The notes below the pieces were generated by a model. That model did not search any database and was not told the DNA's origin. It saw only the letters and a program-made list of their open reading frames with translations. Of a stretch of 64,000 nucleotides of DNA, positions 28,235 to 41,568 are shown piece after piece. Every line of letters starts with the position of its first letter. The stretch's first letter is position 1. Position numbers and translations under genes: made by a program. The stretch comes from Octopus vulgaris (taxonomy: Eukaryota). The stretch spans positions 12,772,001 to 12,836,000 of the forward strand of contig OX597823.1 of assembly GCA_951406725.2 (NCBI GenBank), written 5' to 3'.

Positions 28235-28472
28235 CGTATATATGCAATAAAGTTTTTTTTATGAATAGGTTATAAAGACTAAGTTGATGGAAAAGCGCTA
28301 GCTGTCTAAAAACTATTTACATTAACTGTAACAGTCTCACAATGTCATTGTTTTTAGAAGTAGTGTGAGCTGGAGTGGATATACTGATATACCAGATCAC
28401 TTATGATAAAAACCCTGCAATATATATATACGCAAATAATATATATATACGCATAGAATATAAAATAAATGC

Positions 28473-28635
28473 GCTCTTTTTAAGCCTAGCCAGGCTCATG
28501 GGCCCGGTTTCCCGGTTTCAGTGATGTATGTGTTCCCCAGCTAGATGGGGCGCCAGTCCATCGCAACGTTACTCACTTTTGACTGGATCAACGTGAAATG
28601 AAGTGTTTTGCTCAAGAACACAACGCGTCGCCCGT
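28473..28635 (-). mobile_element. 3' part of a third SINE family (CORE-like)
   Basis: Minus strand gtgttcttgagcaaaacacttcatttcacgttg...gaaaccgggcccatgagcctggctaggcttaaaaagagc. Confidence 0.55.
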
Positions 28636-29084
28636 TGCATCAAATTTTTCTGTATAATACAATAGTTGAGTTAGCTACAAAAATGGAGCAGGTGTAAGTA
28701 AATGAAATCGTTAATGGTGCGTTGTTCTATAAACAGTAATATTTGCTCTTCCACAGCGTTTCTGAAGGGTGTAAGTTAATTAGAAGCATAAATGAACTAA
28801 TACACTACTTCAAATGAAACAAACGAGGAAGGGTTATGACGATGTTTAAGTAAAATACCGTATTGGAAATTTTAGAAAAGGTCGGGAATTTTGAATGAAT
28901 TCGTTTGATATAATTTGTATATTCTCGAAAATAAAAATTATCAGTTGTTTTGTAGATGACAAAAAGCAATACGGTAAGACAGAAGGATTTGGTGACCCAC
29001 ATCAGTAACGTGAGCGTGTTTAAAAATCACAAGATAATGGAATTTTGTATTTCAAGTGCGGTAGCCTTATGATGAAAGGTAATT

Positions 29085-29310
29085 GCGAGCTGGCAGAATC
29101 GTAAGCACGCCGGGTAAAATGCTTAGCAGTATTTTGTCTGCCGCTACGTTCTGAGTTCAAATTCCGCCGAGGTCGACTTTGCCTTTCATCCTTTTGAGGT
29201 CGATTAAATAAATACCAGTTAAGCACTGGGGTCGATATAATCGACTTAATCCATTTGTCTCTCCTTGTTTGTCCTCTCTGTGTTTAGCCCCTTGTGGGTA
29301 GTAAAGAAAT
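29085..29310 (+). mobile_element. SINE-B with 8-bp TSD
   Basis: Full core and tail-1. aggtaatt duplicated at 29077-29084 and 29311-29318. Confidence 0.85.
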
Positions 29311-29698
29311 AGGTAATTACTACCTAATGAGGTGATAGTTATAAATATCTGGATGTTGGGGAAGTTGCTGAAAGATTCTAACTGCACAAAATGAAGTAAG
29401 CAGAATAAGATATATTGGTATAGAAGATTATAGAATGTATGCTCTATGAGAAGAGACATTTGCCCACATAATCTATGAATCTGAAGCAGTTGCCGAGAGA
29501 GTCTAATCAGAACCAGAGACATGGCAGAGCTGCTACAATCATAAATTAGCAAGTTTGTAAAAGTATGTGTTTGAACACATGAACAGATGACATGACAATA
29601 AATAATGCGTCTCAGGGAAATGACCTGTATTCCATTATACAATGTAATGTGAATCTTCAAACAGATAAGTAGAGTCAACATTCACTCCTGGCTAATGT

Positions 29699-30361
29699 CG
29701 TTCTCTGTGAAGAGGAAAAGGTGGATTGCTTAATTGAATGCTTCGTGTTTGCTCGAATACAAGATTGGTATAATAATAAGTTTTAAAAATCGACAAGTAC
29801 CAGAGCTCAGAATATGAATTTCGAGGAATCCGGAATTGCCATATCCAATTGTAATATTGCCTTAGAAAAAGTCGTAATAAGTTAGTTGAGGAATTTGCAT
29901 ATAGAAATGAATTTCCTAACTGCAGAAATCTCGTTAGCCTAGCACGACAAAAGCTATAGGAAAAGTAATCTACTGCATATTAACGCTTACAGGATGCTAA
30001 CAGGATGCCACTTCTAGCAATCTAACAAGTAGAGCAAAAACAGCAGCAAAGAATCCCGCTGTGAAATTTCCTCTAAATATTCGCGTGCAAAATAGAAATA
30101 TGCTTCTATTCCTCCAATAACAACGCACCTTTTAAAAAACTGAAGAAAAATATTAGTCGTATCCAATGTACACTAGCTCTCAAGAAAATACAAAAGAAAC
30201 CTGATGTTATGTCAAAGTATAATTATAAGCCAATATAAAAGCCGTTCTCTGTGAAGAGGAAAAGGTGGATTGCTTAATTGAATGCTTCGTGTTTGCTCGA
30301 ATACAAGATTGGTATAATAACAAGTTTTAAAAATCGACAAGTACCAGAGCTCAGAATATGA

Positions 30362-30363
<2 letters not shown>
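29699..30363 (+). repeat. 121-bp direct duplication (29699-29819 and 30243-30363)
   Basis: The two copies differ by one base, and the second runs into (TA)n. Confidence 0.9.
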
Positions 30364-30393
<30 letters not shown>

Positions 30394-30539
30394 CTGATAG
30401 TCACACAATGAATACTTTTACGAGGTAAATACAATTTCAAAGGTAAGGTAGAAATACATATACATAGCCTTATGCATGAGACCAGATGAAACTTATTCAA
30501 TGTGTGTTGTTATAAGACATATTGAATTAGATACATCTG

Positions 30540-31627
30540 ATCCCAAGCCATAGATCTAAGACGAAAGACATTTGCGTGTTTGGGAGCAAGTTATTTTCTT
30601 CCACAAACATGATCAGCTACGTTAAGACAAAGCGTTCCATGACCTCGCAAATATGTGAGGTCAGAGAAATAGGCCTGTAATTTTTAGCATCTGCTCCGCA
30701 TCCTCCTTTACGGACAAGAAACTTACACTCTCTGTTACAATTTTTGGCGAGCTTACTTCATGCAAGGGAACTCTGCAAAAGTATCTGCAGTGGTTTAACG
30801 AGAGCTTTCTGGCATATCTGTAAACGAATAGCCGAAAATCCATCTGAGCCCGTTACTTGGTTCGAGTTCATCTCATCAATGCTGATATATCGTCAAAATC
30901 GATGTAATCGATTGATGCTTTTTCCCGTGTAGATCTGCGGAGTTAAAGAATTCATCAAACTTGCTTTTTTGCATATATCCCAGTAGAGAAATGAAGACGT
31001 CTTATTTAGCAAGTTACGTGCCTCCTAGACGCAGCAATTAGTGAGCTGTTCTCTACAAACAGTAGCCGTATCTTGTAGTGCATTGAAGCAGGTTATTTCA
31101 CAAAAAATGTAGAAAGCTTCAGTATTCATTTTTGTATTTTCCAACACCTCGGTTTCTCCTTCCTTTTCTTTTCCATGGAAGAGTAAGTTTATTTTCGATC
31201 ACCAAGAGTGCGTCTTTGAAGTGAGATTTCTTGCAAAGTTGTTTATGTAAGTGATAGATCTTTATGCTCCGTCTCAAAGAGGACTCTCCTGCCTCGAGAG
31301 TATGAAGTTTTGTATATATTGGCTCGTCTTTGAGAAACCTTTAACGCATATAGCTCGCATTATTGACTAGCATTTTTTAAGTTCCGTATCAATGTATTGC
31401 ATAGAGAGGCCTTTAAGCCAATTTTACTTGTTTCAGTCATTTGACTGCGGCCATGCTGGAGCACCGCCTTTAGTCGAGAAAATCGTCCCCGGGACTTATT
31501 CTTTGTAAGCCCAGTACTTATTCTATCGGTCTCTTTTGCCGAACCGCTAAGTGACGGGGACGTAAACACACCAGCATCGGTTGTGAAACAATGCTAGGAG
31601 GACAAACACAGACACACAAACACACAT

Positions 31628-31684
<57 letters not shown>

Positions 31685-32050
31685 TACGACAGGCTTCTTT
31701 CAATTTCTGTCTACCAAATCGATTGACTTCCAGTCTGCTTTGTAGAGGTTCAGACTGAATAGTGTTGAGTGTCATCTGTGAGGAATATATCTTTAATTAC
31801 TTTTGGATCATATATCGTCAATCCTATCATATTATGGACCGAGAAAATTGTGATATCTTCACGCTGTAAATGATTTACAAATTGTTGGTGAAACAGCGAT
31901 CTAAGAAGTTCCATCTTCTGATTACTTAACAGAAGTTCTGCTACACCTCGCTCTTTGTGAGTCATCCCACCCAGAGAGTATCTTAATCGGCCTATGAACT
32001 TTTCATCCTACCCTCTGTAGATAAATCTAGCGCTTGTTTGAATTTAGAAA
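30540..32050 (-). pseudogene. Degenerate CR1-like LINE (APE C-terminus and RT N-terminus)
   Basis: [56 protein letters not shown]. Interrupted by SINE-A at 31423-31720. Confidence 0.7.
31423..31720 (-). mobile_element. SINE-A, 5'-truncated
   Basis: ttttacttgtttcagtcatttgactgcggccatgctggagc... with internal (CA)n(TA)n. Confidence 0.85.
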
Positions 32051-32369
32051 AATCTTGATCCAGTTCTCGAACAATAAATGAACAAAATATGCGGAATTAA
32101 TAGTAGAGATCAGAAATATGCAAAAATGTAAAAATTTGCCAATATCACTAGAATGCTAGGTTGGGCCTTGAACAAAGGAGTACTGCAGGACTAGGTACGG
32201 TTTGTCATCGAGACAAACATGCAAGTACTCCAAATGCCTGCCCTCCTTGTAACAACTCACTTTTTCACCATACTTTACCATACGCAGTATTATTATTCAC
32301 AGAGTATAATGTAATAACATCTAAAGTAGTATTAATGATTTCTAATATCCGTAATTTCTAATTTCCATA

Positions 32370-32560
32370 ATATGAGGTCCGTAATTTTAAGGGAAGGTGT
32401 AAGTCGATTACATTGACCCCAGTGCTTAATGGGTTAATTAGTTTATCGACCCTGGAATGATGAATGGCAAAGCGGAATTTGAACTCAGAAAATAAAGAAC
32501 TAGAATAGATGCTGCTAAGCATTTTATTCGACCTTCTAGAGGTTCTGTCAGCTCGCTGAC
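32370..32560 (-). mobile_element. Degenerate SINE-B
   Basis: gtcgattacattgaccccagtgc...gaatttgaactcagaa...cagctcgc. Confidence 0.65.
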
Positions 32561-34896
32561 TGAATTATGATAGCAATAATAATTCCAGCGCGACAATATG
32601 TCTAAAATAATCTGAGAATCTATCAAAATATAAATAACTGGAACTGGGGATAACCAAATTTAGACTGAAAAACAAACAACATCCATAACAATTGGTACAT
32701 CGAAGTTAACTGAAAACAAAAACAGATTTTGCGAATACGTAACCAAAGACGAAGTTACTAATAAACAAAAAATTAACAGAACGAAGGAAATTACTCTTAT
32801 ATCGTGTATAATGATTTCCATATAAAAGAAAATAAGAAAAACTGAACTACAGACTTGGCGTACATAACATTTTCGGAGCTGAGCTGAGCAATGTATTGAA
32901 AGCGCAAAATAAAAATAGAATTATTGTACGAAAAGAAGAATGTTTCCATGCTTGACCAATTTTCCATCAAATCAGTGGGAAGTCAAATCTTCACTATTTC
33001 TCCATAGAAATCATGCCGTACTATTTTAGAGTAGGTTTAAGCGCGATCTAATCTTGGATATCTGCGCTTTTCACGCAGAAAGTTAAAGAAAGTAATATAC
33101 TTGCCGACCAAGTATATCGCTTTCTATCTCCCTTGTATCAGAACACCCGATCAATTGTTCATTATTGAAAACAGTAACGTGTACCATGTTTTTATTGATA
33201 CGTTGGCTGATTTATCGACAAGAATATAATTGGAAATATTCTCTTGTTTGTAATAGTCTAATATAGTTTAATACCATTTGTTTGTTTGTTTTCAGCCATA
33301 ATCTTAAATTCGCAATAAAGTTCATTTCAGGAATTATTTCTCATCGCTGCCCATATACTCAGTTAGTACAGTCTATAGGAATAATGTCTATACAAAAAAA
33401 AAATATATATATATCAGGAATTTTTATTCTGAAATATTTTATGATTTGTTTCATGGGAAATATATCTTTTCTTTTTAAATAAAACATTCCCGAATTTCTA
33501 TAGAGTTGAATGTTTTAGAATTCAAACTATTCTTTTGTTTACATCGGTATCAAGCCATAGAACTCTCATTATCTTGTTAATTCTATTTTTAGTGGGTTAT
33601 CAATTAAAAATCTTGGAACACGTCTTCTCTATGATGAGAGAATTGTCAACATATATTCATCTGTACACACTTCATAAGCCAGCAAACAAACAATTTACCT
33701 ATTAAATGTAGTAACAAAACTTCATTCTAATCACAAAATCCTATAATTAGGAATACAATTGGCAGTTTAGGTTTTGATTAAATTTTAACAGGAATGAACA
33801 TGGATGAAAAGCTTTGGTCATAAGTTTGCACGATGAAAGTTCATGTAGGAATAAGCAATATCCAAAACTTTCTAAGGACGACCTTTCGCATGATGCTAAT
33901 ACAATTAAGTGCTGTCTAACACACATAATTGACTGTCTTTTCAATTAAATTTTTTCTCTAAGCTATATTTTCCCGGTCGTCCTAATATCTCGTATATGTA
34001 TTAAAGTACATGCACTAACAAGATGGATTAATTACTTCATAATTTCGTCGAAGTCGATGAAATAATTACTAGTCGAGTACTGGAATCGATTACATCGACG
34101 ATCTCCTTCCTCAAAATTTCAGACCTTGCGCCTATAGCAGAAAAAATTAAGGAGTTAATAATGCTTAAAATGACGTTTCTTTCTGAATGATCTGAATATT
34201 TCAGTGATGTTCTCATAAAGACAGGACGTACACCTCATTGTATAACTCCATTTAAATGTTACTCCATCCAATGTTGGTTTCCTCAAGTATATAAATACAA
34301 GTGGTTAAAAATTCTGTTGTGTCTGGGGAGAGTCATTCTGTTTTAGTGCCTTATTATTTAACACACTCACTGGTAAAATTTCCCCTTATTTCTTATTTTT
34401 ATTTTCTAAAATTTTCGTTGCGTGTTGCAACCTTTTCAATAGTTGGCTTTTGACATTGCTTTAACTCGCATATTGTATATATTGTGTATTGATGAGATAA
34501 AGGATCGGGCTGAATTGTTACCAGTTTCAAGATTTGTTAAACTTCTATCGATGTTCGCTTACTTTGTTTCTGTGTGTAGAGAGTATATAAGCTTATATTT
34601 TATTTAAACTGTATACGTATCTATTTCTAATGTTACTGTGTTGGCTTTTGTATTTCTAATCCTGATGGGCTTCCTATTTAGACGCGATGGCATGTGAAAA
34701 CTATCTGTTGACAAACTCTTATAAAATTTGTCTCTTCATTTTATGAGATTAAAAACACATTTTCGGAGTGGTTCATTTCAGGATTAAATACTTTAATTTA
34801 TCCTACACTAAAATAATAAATATGCTGAACCAGGCTCAAAACTGTCGACGAGAAACTATTGACGATTTTATTGTAAAGGTAAGTAGCATGACAAAA

Positions 34897-35495
34897 TGCG
34901 GCGAGCTAGCTGAAACGTTAGCACGCCGGGCGAAATACTTAGCCGTATTTCGTCTGCCGTCACGTTCTGAGTTCTGCTGTTACGTTCTGACAGACTTAAT
35001 CCGTCTGTCTGTTCTTGATTGTCTCCTCTGTGTTTAGCGCCTTGTGAGTAGTAAAGAAATAGGTATTTCGTCTGTCGCTACGTTCTGAGTTCAAATTCTG
35101 CCGAGATTGACTTTGCCTTTCATCCTTTCGATTAAATCAGTACCAGTTACGCACTTAATCCGTTTGTCTGTACTTGTCTGTACTGGTACATATTTAATCG
35201 ACCCCGAAAGGATGAAAAGCAAAGTCGACCTCGGCGGAATTTGAATTCAGAACGTAACGGCAGACGAAATACCTATTTCTTTACTACCCACAAGGGGCAA
35301 AACACAGAGGGTACAAACAAGGACAGACACACGGATCAAGTCGATTACATCGACTCCAGTGCGTAACTGGTACTTATTTAATCGACCCCGAAAGGATGAA
35401 AAGCAAAGTCGATCTCGGCCGAAGTTGAACTCAGAATGTAACGGCAGACGAAATACCTCTCTGTGTTTAGCCCTTTGTGGGTAGTAAAGAAATAA
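34897..35495 (+). mobile_element. Rearranged SINE-B composite with internal inverted dimer, flanked by 123-bp direct repeats
   Basis: Plus-strand SINE-B units, inverted units at about 35182-35456, then tail-1 resumes. Flanks 34771-34893 and 35496-35618 are near-identical. Confidence 0.8.
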
Positions 35496-36819
35496 GTTCA
35501 TTTCAAGATTAAATACTTTAATTTATCCTACACTGAAATAATAAATATGCTGAACCAGGTTCAAAACTGTCGACGAGAAACTATTCACAATTTTAATTTA
35601 AAGGTAAGTAGCATGACAGGTTTTCACCAGTCAGAATCGTTAGCGTTGTAGTTGACATGGTTAGCAAATTAGAGGGCATAATGCTACTTATGTTGGTGTG
35701 TCGTAGTGTTAAATAAAAACGAACCGACAATTCAGATTGAATTCGTAACCTTGTCAGTCATGAAGGTACACTTCTCATTCAGTATCATTGACTTGCAACA
35801 GTATAAGGCTGAAGCAACAGAATATTCTCTTGGTTGTGTTTACGTTACCGTTAAGCCAAGAATCAAAATCAAGATGAAGTGTTTGTGTGTATATATAATC
35901 GGTGAAATTAACTCTATGTTTCAGAGTATGGTATATTTAATCCGTTTATAAACTTATTAATACAGAGTCACTGAACTTCATAAGCACTGAAAATTAGTAA
36001 CGGAAATTAATAGGAAGACCTGCAAAAATAAACAAAACCGTTATTACAATGTTATCTATAGTCAATAAAAAAGTATTTTTATTGTAAAGATTTAAATTTC
36101 AGTTATAATCTTGAAAAAATTGGAATTGTTATTAAGTTGGAAAATCTACCTCTTTTACAAAAGAAAAAAAAACAGCTCTGCCAACTTTGCATTATGATAA
36201 ATATGAAATTTAAATAAAATCAGCTATGTAGGCAGAATACCTATTGTAAATATATATCAACAGCGCTATGCATTGAAACAAATGATTCAAAAAGTAATAA
36301 AAAAAATTGTATGAAATATATGTAAACAAACTGCGATAAATCTTGTAAGAAAGGACAAGAATTTTTTTTCTTTATATGGGAAACATACGGTGATATGAAT
36401 AAATCAAGATAACGGCTGCTATTATTATTTTGATTAAAAGTACTTGTAGACGTTACAGCAATTTATTAATAAATATAAAAAGATATTGACCGTATTACTG
36501 AATTGATGAAAAAAATGTTGTTTTGGGTGAAGAATTATAGAGTTCCTAAACAATAACTAATCTAATAAAACGGTAAAACTAAATAACAAATTATGAAAAA
36601 AAAATGCTTAGAAGAAGTTACACGCGGTACACACACTTACCAATAAATATGCACATATATATGTATGGATAGCCGTAATAAAAGCCTGTATTAGTTTGCA
36701 ACGAGAAAATCTAATATTAAATATAATTACACCTCTCAACTGAAATGAATATAAATATTTTAGTTTATATACTTTAATAAATGAAATGAAAACATTTTTG
36801 GTATTACCTTTTAATATTG

Positions 36820-37023
36820 GTTTCGAATTTTGGTACAAGGCCAGAAATTCCAGGAAAAGCGTTTAGATCGAAACCAGTGCTTAACTGGTACTCGTTTTAT
36901 CGACGCCGAAAGGATGAAAGACGAAGTCGTCCTCGGCGGGATTTGAACTAGGTTCGTAAAGACAGACGAAATGACGCTAATCTATTTGCCTGGTGTGCTA
37001 ACGATTCTACCCGCTCGCCGCCC
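36820..37023 (-). mobile_element. SINE-B (tail type 2)
   Basis: Reverse complement of the head (ggcggcgagcgggtagaatcgttagc), core and ccttgtaccaaaattcgaaacc tail. Confidence 0.75.
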
Positions 37024-37053
37024 TGATATTATCTTTTGATAATATATTAGCTA

Positions 37054-37454
37054 CTAGCAGTATCACCCGGCGTTGCTCGGGTTTGTAAGGGAAATAACTA
37101 TATAAGCATTTTTAGAGATGTAAAGTATAATAGCCATCTCAATATGGCTAACCACAAAGGGGGGGGGGTTACTGTAGCTTTTTACGTTCTGAGATTTAAT
37201 AATAAATTTTTAGAGAGTTACTTCCCTTATATATGCCAAAAATGCATTAAAAATGGGAAAAATTGATTGTAAATGTTTTTTAAATCGTAGACTCATCTCA
37301 TCGTAGACACGCGCTAATACCCAGAAGGGCTCGATATGAATCACGACTATAAGATACCCGGTTTTAGTTAAACTGCACCGCAAAATGTGGGAGTAGTTAG
37401 GAATCTAAATCGTAGGAGACAGACAGCACACAACCTCACTTTTATATATAAAGA
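37054..37454 (-). mobile_element. Non-autonomous Helitron (family H1)
   Basis: A|TC start, hairpin cccgagcaacgccggg, CTAG|T end. Confidence 0.85.
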
Positions 37455-37799
37455 TTAGCTATTAAGCCGGCGATCGGGCTGAATTGTTACAACGCCGGGA
37501 AAAACGCTTCCCTCCGAAAGTAAATAATAGCAGTGAAAATAGTAAATATGTTACACATGAAATATAATTAATGTAGGGTTTCGAGCTGAGCGAATACTCA
37601 GCACGCCGGACAGGATGATTAGCGGCATTTTGTCCGTCTTTATGTTCTCCGTTCAAATTCAACCGAGGCCGGCTTTGACTTTCATTATCTTCCATCGTTA
37701 ACTTCCAATTGAATGCTGAGGGTAGATGCAATCGACTTATCCCTCACCACCAATTGCTGTCCTTCTACCAAAATATTCAAACCAAAATTATATTAATTA

Positions 37800-38096
37800 C
37801 TAGCAGTATCGCCCGTCGTTGCTCGGGTTTGTAAGGGAAATAACTATATGAGCATTTTTAGAGAGTTACTTCCCTTCGAGTAAAAAATGCATTAAAAATG
37901 GGAAAAAATTATGGTAAATTTTTTTTTAAATCGTAGACTCATTGTAGACGCGCGCTAATACCCAGAAGGGCTCGATATGAATCACGACTATAAGATACCC
38001 GCTTTTGGTTAAACTGCACCACAAAATGTGGGAGTAGTTAGGAATCTAAATCGTAGGAGACAGACACTCACACAACTTCACTTTTATATATAAAGA
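37800..38096 (-). mobile_element. Non-autonomous Helitron (family H1, shorter)
   Basis: Same termini as the 37054 copy with an internal deletion. Confidence 0.85.
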
Positions 38097-38790
38097 TTAC
38101 AAGCTTGATAAAATGTGAGTAACTTTCATAAAGTAATGTTTAATGTACGCTTGAATAGAATAAAAGAAACCTATGACTATACAGTCCTAGAATTTGGGAG
38201 AACATATTTTTAGTAATATAAACCGTTAAATTCTGCCTAGGTCGACTTTGCCTTCCATTATTTGGGTGTCGATACATTCAGTAACATTTGCGTACTGGGG
38301 TCGATCTAATCGACTGGCCCCTACCCCAAAATTTCAGGCCTTGTGCTATGAGTAGAAAACAGTAATTTAAATCGTTACTATTATGTTAAACTGTCATATG
38401 TCCAAATTTAGCCACAGGCATTTTTTTTCAATGTTTATTTTTGCTTGCAATAACCGGTTCTTTTGGTCAAACTGTCAATTTCCGGCTACTTCAGATGCAA
38501 AGCTATCAAAAATTGTCAAGCTGTGATACAGCGGTTTTGCTATGGATTGGTAAAATTATTTTTTCGCTTTCTGAAAAAACAAACATTTTGGAATTACGAC
38601 ACTTTTGCATAATAGCAACGAAATGATTGTGGGGTGGGGCTGAGAGAATTTGGCATTACAAGGTAAATTTCTATGTTACCTTAAAAAATTTAAACATTAG
38701 TTAAGCATTCCATGGTAATTATCTACTATCTCTTTATTTCTCTATGTGTCTATATGTGTGTATATGTATGCTTATGTATATACATCTTGT

Positions 38791-38835
<45 letters not shown>

Positions 38836-39053
38836 CATGTGTGTACAGACACAACTCTCTCGTTCACTATATATATGTGGGCGTATATTAGCGTGTATGT
38901 ATATATGCACGTATTTATATACACATGCATCTGGTGATTCATAGAGTTAAAGCGTTGGGAACAATGTTTCCATTAACTTACTCTCTCTCATACTTCGTCC
39001 ATGCTATGCGAATCAATGGAAACAGACAGATATTCAATATGCCGCATCGTGAA

Positions 39054-39636
39054 AACGGTGAGCTGATAGAAACGTTAACACGCCAGGCGAAATGCATTGC
39101 GGTATTTCATCTGCCGTTACATTCTGAGTTCAACTTCCTCGGAGGTCGACTTTGCCTTTCATCATTTCGGGGTCGATTAAAAAAGTACCAGTTACGCACT
39201 GGAGTCAATGTAATCGACTTGATCCGTGTATCTGTCCTTGTTTGCACCCTCTGTGTTTAGCCCCTTGTGGGTAGTAAAGAAATAGGTATTTCGTCTGCCG
39301 TTATGTTCTGAGTTCAAATTCCGCGGAGGTCGACTTTGCCTTTCATCATTTCGGGGTCGATTAAATAAGTACCAGTTACGCACTGGAGTCGATGTAATCG
39401 ACTTGATCCGTGTGTCAGTCCTTGTTTGTACCCTCTGTGTTTAGCCCCTTGTGGGTAGTAAAGAAATAGGTATTTCTTCCGCCTTTACGTTCTGAGTTCA
39501 AATTCCGCCGAGGTCGACTTTGCTTTTCATCCATTCGGGATCGATAAATTAAGTAGCAGTCGTGTACTGGGGTCGATCTAATCGACTGGTCCCTCCTCAA
39601 AAATGTCGGGCTTTAAGCCTAGAATAGAAAAGAATA
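39054..39636 (+). mobile_element. SINE-B trimer (tail1-tail1-tail2)
   Basis: Two aaagaaata|ggtatttc junctions (about 39283, 39468). The last unit ends with ccctcctcaaaaatgtcgggc...agaaaagaat. Confidence 0.85.
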
Positions 39637-39825
39637 TGCCGCATTGCGGTTCGCATGTGAAACCCCATAGTTATAGTGCGAGTATCTTATTAACACGGCT
39701 ATGATTGCAGAGCTCAAGGTTGCCGTCTATCACATGATTTACCTCACTCATTATCAGGAACAAAAATATTCAAATAAATGCAAACGACTCCGCCTTTGGA
39801 AAAGGAATATGCCAAGAAACATGAA

Positions 39826-40225
39826 GGTAGTGAGCTGGCAGAAACGTTAGCACGCCGAGCGAAAAGCTTAGACGTATTTCCTCTGCCGTTACGTTCTGAG
39901 TTCAAATCCCGCCGACGTCGCCTTTGCCTTTCATCCTTTCGGGGTCGATGAAATAAGTACCAATTACGCACTGGGGTCGATGTAATCGACTTAATCCGTT
40001 TGTCTGTCCTTGTTTGTCCTCTCTGTGTTTAGCTCCTTTTGGGTAGTAAAGAAATAAGTATTTGGTCCGTTTTTAACGTTCTGAGTTCAAGTGTCACCGA
40101 GGTCGACTTTTCCTTTCAAAAATTCCCGGATCAATAAAATATGTATCCGTTGAGCACTGAAATTGATGTAATCGATTGAGCCTTTCCCCCGAATGTTCCG
40201 CCCTTGTGTCAAAATTTGGAACCAA
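39826..40225 (+). mobile_element. SINE-B dimer (tail1-tail2)
   Basis: Head, core, tail-1, junction gaaata|agtatttg, second core, ccttgtgtcaaaatttggaacc tail. Confidence 0.8.
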
Positions 40226-40258
40226 TACGTAGTATCATCACACACTCTTTCTACACAG

Positions 40259-40677
40259 TCTTTTTCTCTTTTATTCTCTTTTTCTCTTTTACTTGTTTCA
40301 GTCATTTGACTGTGGCCATGCTGGAGCACCGCCTTTAGTCGAGCAAATCGACCCCAGGACTTATTCTTTGTAAGCCCAGTACTTATCCTAGCGGTCTCTT
40401 TTGCCGAACCGCTAAGTGACGGGTACGTAAACACACCAGCATCGGTTGTCAAGCAATGCTAGGGGAACAAACACAGACACACAAACACACACACGCATAT
40501 ATACATATATACAACGGGCTTCTTTCAGTTTCCGTCTACCAAATCCACTCACAAGGCTTTGGTCGGCCCGAGGCTATAGTAGAAGACACTTACCCAAGGT
40601 GCCACGCAGTGGGACTGAACCCGGAACCATGCGGTTGGTAAGCAAGCTACTTACCACACAGCCACTCCTGCGCCTAT
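40259..40677 (-). mobile_element. SINE-A, full length
   Basis: Minus strand aggcgcaggagtggctgtgtggtaagtagcttgcttaccaacc...tgactgaaacaagtaaaagag. Shows the uninterrupted target site. Confidence 0.9.
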
Positions 40678-41568
40678 GTACATATATTCTGCTTTACAAA
40701 TAAATAAATATATCTGACACAGATGCCCATCTTTTTTTTGGAACGATTCTGTAAATTTGAGTTGTTCTCTGCCATTATCTTTTTCCTGCTTATCAGCAAT
40801 TGCATGAAATTTTTTTTTATACTGTTTCCGAAGTATATTTTTCCCAAATATATGTTTTTGTTTTATTGCATGACAAAGTTCAAAAATTGAAATACTTTTC
40901 AATTTAATTTTCACTGCTCAACGAAATTCGTATTTAATTAGTTTTGTTGCTAATGGTTTCCTATCCCCCCCCCCAAAAAAAAATTATTTATCTTTTTCCT
41001 GTTGATGTGTACACATGTTCGAGAAAATTTCAAACTTTTTAATTACTTGTCATATAGTTTATGTTCTTGGTTCACATGGAATCCGCACTATAGCTATTCA
41101 TGAGTAACAAAACCTCTTTACTTAAGTTGGAGTCAACGAGGAAACCTTTCACTAGACTAGTGACTCGCTAGAAATAGAAGCCAAATTTCCTTAAACAAGC
41201 ACGTGTTTGCATCTCTCTACGCAGTCATAAGCAAGATTTTTCTGGAATACTGGGAGTTGTCTTTGCATACACATCCCTACTTCCTCATCAACATGTTAAC
41301 TCAAAGAAAAGACCATCGCTTTATGACTAATATAGCTTGGAACCAGTGTTGTCTTAAGCGTTGTAAGGTATTGCATCCGATGTTCTATCGATAATCTGTT
41401 ATTGATCTCGAAATGAAATAAAGGTAACGGGGATTTCAATGACATTTGAAGTAAGAGTGACGAGATTAGGAGAGAGTACCTTCAGGAATTCCATCGATCG
41501 CTCGTGTGATTTTGCGAATTTATCGCCATAGAAAGTACAGACACTAATTTCTTCCCGAAAAGTCAAAT

